From: Nitrospinaceae bacterium
Lineage (GTDB): Bacteria > Nitrospinota > Nitrospinia > Nitrospinales > VA-1
Length of the DNA: 10,298 bases
Assembly: GCA_046754465.1 (NCBI GenBank)
Contig: JBHHVU010000081.1
Span: 1 to 10,298 of the forward strand
Direction: 5' to 3'
This document shows positions 7,924 through 10,298 of this stretch, in pieces; position 1 is the first letter of the stretch, and each line of letters starts with the position of its first letter. Both the position numbers and the translations under genes were made by a program. The notes under the pieces were generated by a model. The model searched no databases, was not told the origin of the DNA, and saw only the letters and a list, made by a program, of their open reading frames with translations.

Positions 7924-8232
7924 ATGAAAAATAAAAATGACCTGGTTTTCGGGATTATTATCATGGGCGCCACCGGGATTTTGATGGGGGTGGTGGTCCA
8001 CAGCGCGTGGCTCGCCGCGGTGGCCGGTTTCCTGGGAATCGTCGTCGGCGGACTCGTCGGGTGGATCGGCGGCCGCCGGTATCTTCTCATCATTTGTTTT
8101 GGCGTCCTGGTGGGGGCCGTGCTGGGTTACCGCACCGGCGACCGCGATATCCTGATCATCGCGGCGGGATCGGGCGGCGCCATCGCCGGGTTCCTCGGCG
8201 CCCAGATCGAATTGTTCTTCCCGAAAAAATAA
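7924..8232 (+). CDS. Hypothetical small Gly-rich integral membrane protein (~102 aa, about 4 hydrophobic segments, glycine-zipper-like)
   Basis: Fills the gap between pntB and the convergent protease. Four hydrophobic stretches with GxxxG repeats, basic ends (MKNKN..., ...PKK) and an RR middle loop. ATG 7924 preferred over GTG 7873 because the extension is Pro-rich and looks non-coding; start uncertain as no SD is visible. Confidence 0.75.
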   Translation: MKNKNDLVFGIIIMGATGILMGVVVHSAWLAAVAGFLGIVVGGLVGWIGGRRYLLIICFGVLVGAVLGYRTGDRDILIIAAGSGGAIAGFLGAQIELFFPKK

Positions 8233-8250
8233 TTCCCGTAATATTCGCGT

Positions 8251-8266
8251 GCCCCGTGTCCGGGGC
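8251..8266. terminator. Short hairpin between convergent genes, possible weak terminator or 3' stabiliser
   Basis: GCCCCG-TGTC-CGGGGC, 6-bp all-GC stem in the 39-nt gap between the two stop codons; no real U-tract on either strand. Confidence 0.35.
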
Positions 8267-8271
8267 TCCTC

Positions 8272-9126
8272 TCAAACCCGGCCCGGCCATTCCGCCTGCC
8301 CGGTCTCCTTGATATCCATCGACGCGAAAACCAGGTCGATGGTCTCCATCACGAGGTCCATGGGAACCACCACCGCCAGGCCCGAATTTTCCTCGAAAAC
8401 GACGCAGGGCTGTCCGCTCTGCTGACTCAGCGCGGTTTCCTTATACGTCAGGTACCCGGAAACGATCCCCAGGACACAGGGTTTGGAAACGGAACGGGTT
8501 CCCTCGATGCTGATGATTTCCGGTTTGTAGATGACCGGGCCGCCGCTGTTTCCCGGAAAGATCATGGCGTCGATCAAAAAGTCCTTGCTGTCACCTTCCA
8601 GGGTGTCCCGGAGGCGGGCGATGCAGCCCGAACGGGCGATGACGTATAACCGATCGGGGGCGACGATTCCCAGCGGAAATCCCAGGACATAAACGAAATC
8701 CCCCTCCGCCACGCCGGTGTCCGACATCCCGGCCAAGGACATTGTGTGGTGGTTGGATTGAAAAAAATCGTAGCGGATTTCTTCCCGGTTCAGGAAATCG
8801 GCATCGATGCCGATGACGGCGACGTCGGTTTCCGGGTCCGGGTTCCCCTTCCACAGGGGTTTGCCGTTCCGCTGGAACAGGGGAATGCCGTAATCCCGGG
8901 CCTGCCGCGAGGTCCGTGGATTGAACCGCACCACCAGGGATCCCTGGTTCTCCAGAACGTGTTTGTTGGTGACGATGAAAACGTGGTATTCGCTGCGGCC
9001 CCCGGAGGCGGACTGGTAAAACCGGCCGATGAGCGTGCCGGTCCCGATCCATTCCAGGTCCCCGTACCGCTCTCTTTTTCCCAGCGCCACCACGCAGTTG
9101 AAATAAGACGGCGGAATCAGTGCCAC
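8272..9126 (-). CDS. Stand-alone trypsin-like (chymotrypsin fold, S1) serine protease (~284 aa)
   Basis: WIGTGTLI strand, catalytic His in IVTNKHV, Asp in TDVAVI, VYVLGFP, Ser in FPGNSGGPV, VLGIVSG. Start moved from 9288 (overlaps msrP) to GTG at 9126, preceded by a strong SD GAGGAGG (9132-9138). Confidence 0.9.
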   Translation of the reverse strand: MALIPPSYFNCVVALGKRERYGDLEWIGTGTLIGRFYQSASGGRSEYHVFIVTNKHVLENQGSLVVRFNPRTSRQARDYGIPLFQRNGKPLWKGNPDPETDVAVIGIDADFLNREEIRYDFFQSNHHTMSLAGMSDTGVAEGDFVYVLGFPLGIVAPDRLYVIARSGCIARLRDTLEGDSKDFLIDAMIFPGNSGGPVIYKPEIISIEGTRSVSKPCVLGIVSGYLTYKETALSQQSGQPCVVFEENSGLAVVVPMDLVMETIDLVFASMDIKETGQAEWPGRV

Positions 9127-9195
9127 GGCGCCCTCCTCAATGGTCTTCCCGGATGGAGATGAAAAATGGGATCCCTGAAAGACCCCGCTGCCTGT

Positions 9196-9224
9196 GTTGT
9201 AACCCCGGCGATGGGGAATGTCAA
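9196..9224 (-). promoter_or_regulatory. Sigma70-type promoter for the protease gene
   Basis: Minus strand: TTGACA (9224-9219), 17-nt spacer, TACAAC (9201-9196); lies in the msrP-protease gap and points at the protease start. Confidence 0.65.
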
Positions 9225-9256
9225 TTGTCCGGACACAGGGAAAGTCCCGGTCGAGA

Positions 9257-10222
9257 TCAATCGTAAAGCCGGGCCACCTGTTCCCCATACCCGTTGTAGA
9301 GGAGAGTGGGACGGACCTCCCCGGTACCGATCATCTTTTCCCGGGCCTGGGACCAGCGGGGGTGCCGCACCCGGGGGTCGACGTTGGCCGTGAAATCGTA
9401 TTCCAGACCCTGCACCGTGTTCCAGAACGTCGCTGGACGATAATCGACCAGCTCGATCCGCACAATGGATTTGATGCTCTTGAATCCGTATTTCCAGGGC
9501 ACCACAAGGCGGATGGGTGCTCCGTGCTGTTTCGGCAGGGGGTGACCGTAAATGCCCACCGCCAGGAAGGCCAGGTCGTTCATGGCTTCCGCCAGGGTCA
9601 ACCCTTCCGTGTAGGGCCAGGGATGCCAGAACGCCAACTGACCCTGGGCCGTGAAAGGTTTGTAGAAGGTAGTCATGCGCACATGCGTGGCCCGGGACAG
9701 GGGCTGGACCTCGTTGAGCAGGGCCTTAAAGGGGAACCCCGTCCAGGGGACCGCCATGGCCCAGGCCTCTACGCAACGGAGCCGGTAAAGCCTCTCCTCG
9801 ATGGGCATCGTGCGGAGCAGATCGTCGGTGTCGAAGGTTTGCGGCTTGTGGACCAGACCCGTCACCTCCACCGTCCACGGACGCGTGGTCAACGCCTGGG
9901 CGTGGATGCGGACATCCTCCTTGACCTCGCTGAACTCATAGAAATTGTTGTACGAGGCGGCGACCCGTTCCGCCGTCAGGTCCCGGTCGAGTTGAAAGGA
10001 ATCGTTTCGTTTCGCGGGGAAAACTTTCTTTTCAATCCCGAAGAGTTCGAGCGGGGCGTCAGGATCGGACCGGGGCGGCGAGCACCCGGTGAGCAACGCC
10101 GCCGTGGCGAGGCCGGTCAACGCCGTGCCCTTCAGGAATTCCCTGCGGCGCATGACCACCGTTTCCGGCGTCACCATGCTTCCCGCGATTTCCCAGGGTT
10201 TTTTTAATAAAATGGAAGCCAT
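9257..10222 (-). CDS. msrP: Protein-methionine-sulfoxide reductase catalytic subunit MsrP (YedY), molybdopterin enzyme (~321 aa precursor)
   Basis: VTPE...RRREFLK twin-arginine signal, YNNFYEF, EERLYRLRCVEAWAMAVPWTG (Mo-ligating Cys), WPYTEGLTLAEAMN, QHGAPIRLVVPWKYGFKSIKSIV, HPRWSQARE, TLLYNGYGEQVA. ATG at 10222 preferred, with AAAAGG upstream. Confidence 0.96.
   Translation of the reverse strand: MASILLKKPWEIAGSMVTPETVVMRRREFLKGTALTGLATAALLTGCSPPRSDPDAPLELFGIEKKVFPAKRNDSFQLDRDLTAERVAASYNNFYEFSEVKEDVRIHAQALTTRPWTVEVTGLVHKPQTFDTDDLLRTMPIEERLYRLRCVEAWAMAVPWTGFPFKALLNEVQPLSRATHVRMTTFYKPFTAQGQLAFWHPWPYTEGLTLAEAMNDLAFLAVGIYGHPLPKQHGAPIRLVVPWKYGFKSIKSIVRIELVDYRPATFWNTVQGLEYDFTANVDPRVRHPRWSQAREKMIGTGEVRPTLLYNGYGEQVARLYD
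10082..10222 (-). other. Tat signal peptide ending in a lipobox (LLTG-C) in MsrP
   Basis: RRREFLK, hydrophobic GTALTGLATAALL, then L-T-G-C matching the lipobox pattern, followed by a Pro/Ser/Asp-rich linker SPPRSDPDAP. Confidence 0.7.
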
Positions 10223-10278
10223 GACTGAGCCTTTTGTCCCCCTTACCCGGCGGGGAGGATCACACATCCGGTGAGAGT

Positions 10279-10284
10279 ATTATC
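10279..10284 (-). promoter_or_regulatory. Candidate -10 element for msrP
   Basis: GATAAT on the minus strand ~57 nt upstream of the ATG in an AT-rich patch; the -35 position would lie outside the window. Confidence 0.3.
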
Positions 10285-10298
10285 CCTAATTTTCGGTG

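Noticed and set aside
9207..9260. GGCGATGGGG resembling the 5' end of a fluoride (crcB) riboswitch
   Set aside because: P1 complement is poor, the downstream conserved pseudoknot segment is not seen, and no + strand gene follows; the bases are explained as the minus-strand promoter spacer.
9127..9288. 54-aa N-terminal extension of the protease in the ORF track
   Set aside because: Overlaps the msrP 3' end and spans a good sigma70 promoter; GTG 9126 has a strong SD.
9218..10207. 329-aa ORF on + strand antisense to msrP
   Set aside because: Fully overlaps a motif-rich msrP and has no recognisable motifs; long antisense shadow ORFs are expected from GC-rich codon usage.
1..10298. Mobile elements, CRISPR arrays, tRNA/rRNA or tandem repeat arrays
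   Set aside because: No transposase/integrase motifs, regularly spaced repeats or cloverleaf-like segments seen; intergenic gaps are all under 200 nt.

Overview
GC-rich bacterial chromosomal window with eight apparently intact CDSs in two convergent blocks. The + strand carries a redox-metabolism cluster: single-chain pyruvate:ferredoxin/flavodoxin oxidoreductase (nifJ type), a dihydroorotate-dehydrogenase-like flavoprotein lacking the canonical catalytic loop, a three-gene proton-translocating NAD(P) transhydrogenase (alpha1, alpha2, beta) and a small Gly-rich membrane protein. The - strand carries msrP (Tat-exported Mo-dependent methionine-sulfoxide reductase, here with a lipobox) followed not by msrQ but by a stand-alone trypsin-like serine protease with its own near-consensus sigma70 promoter. 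I saw no RNA genes, mobile elements or CRISPR arrays. The most interesting leads are (i) a possible PFOR / DHOD-like / Pnt electron-routing module, (ii) a lipid-anchored MsrP with no adjacent MsrQ, next to a protease, and (iii) an uncharacterised membrane protein after pntB. All calls come from motif recognition by eye; no searches were run, and the genes themselves belong mostly to known families.
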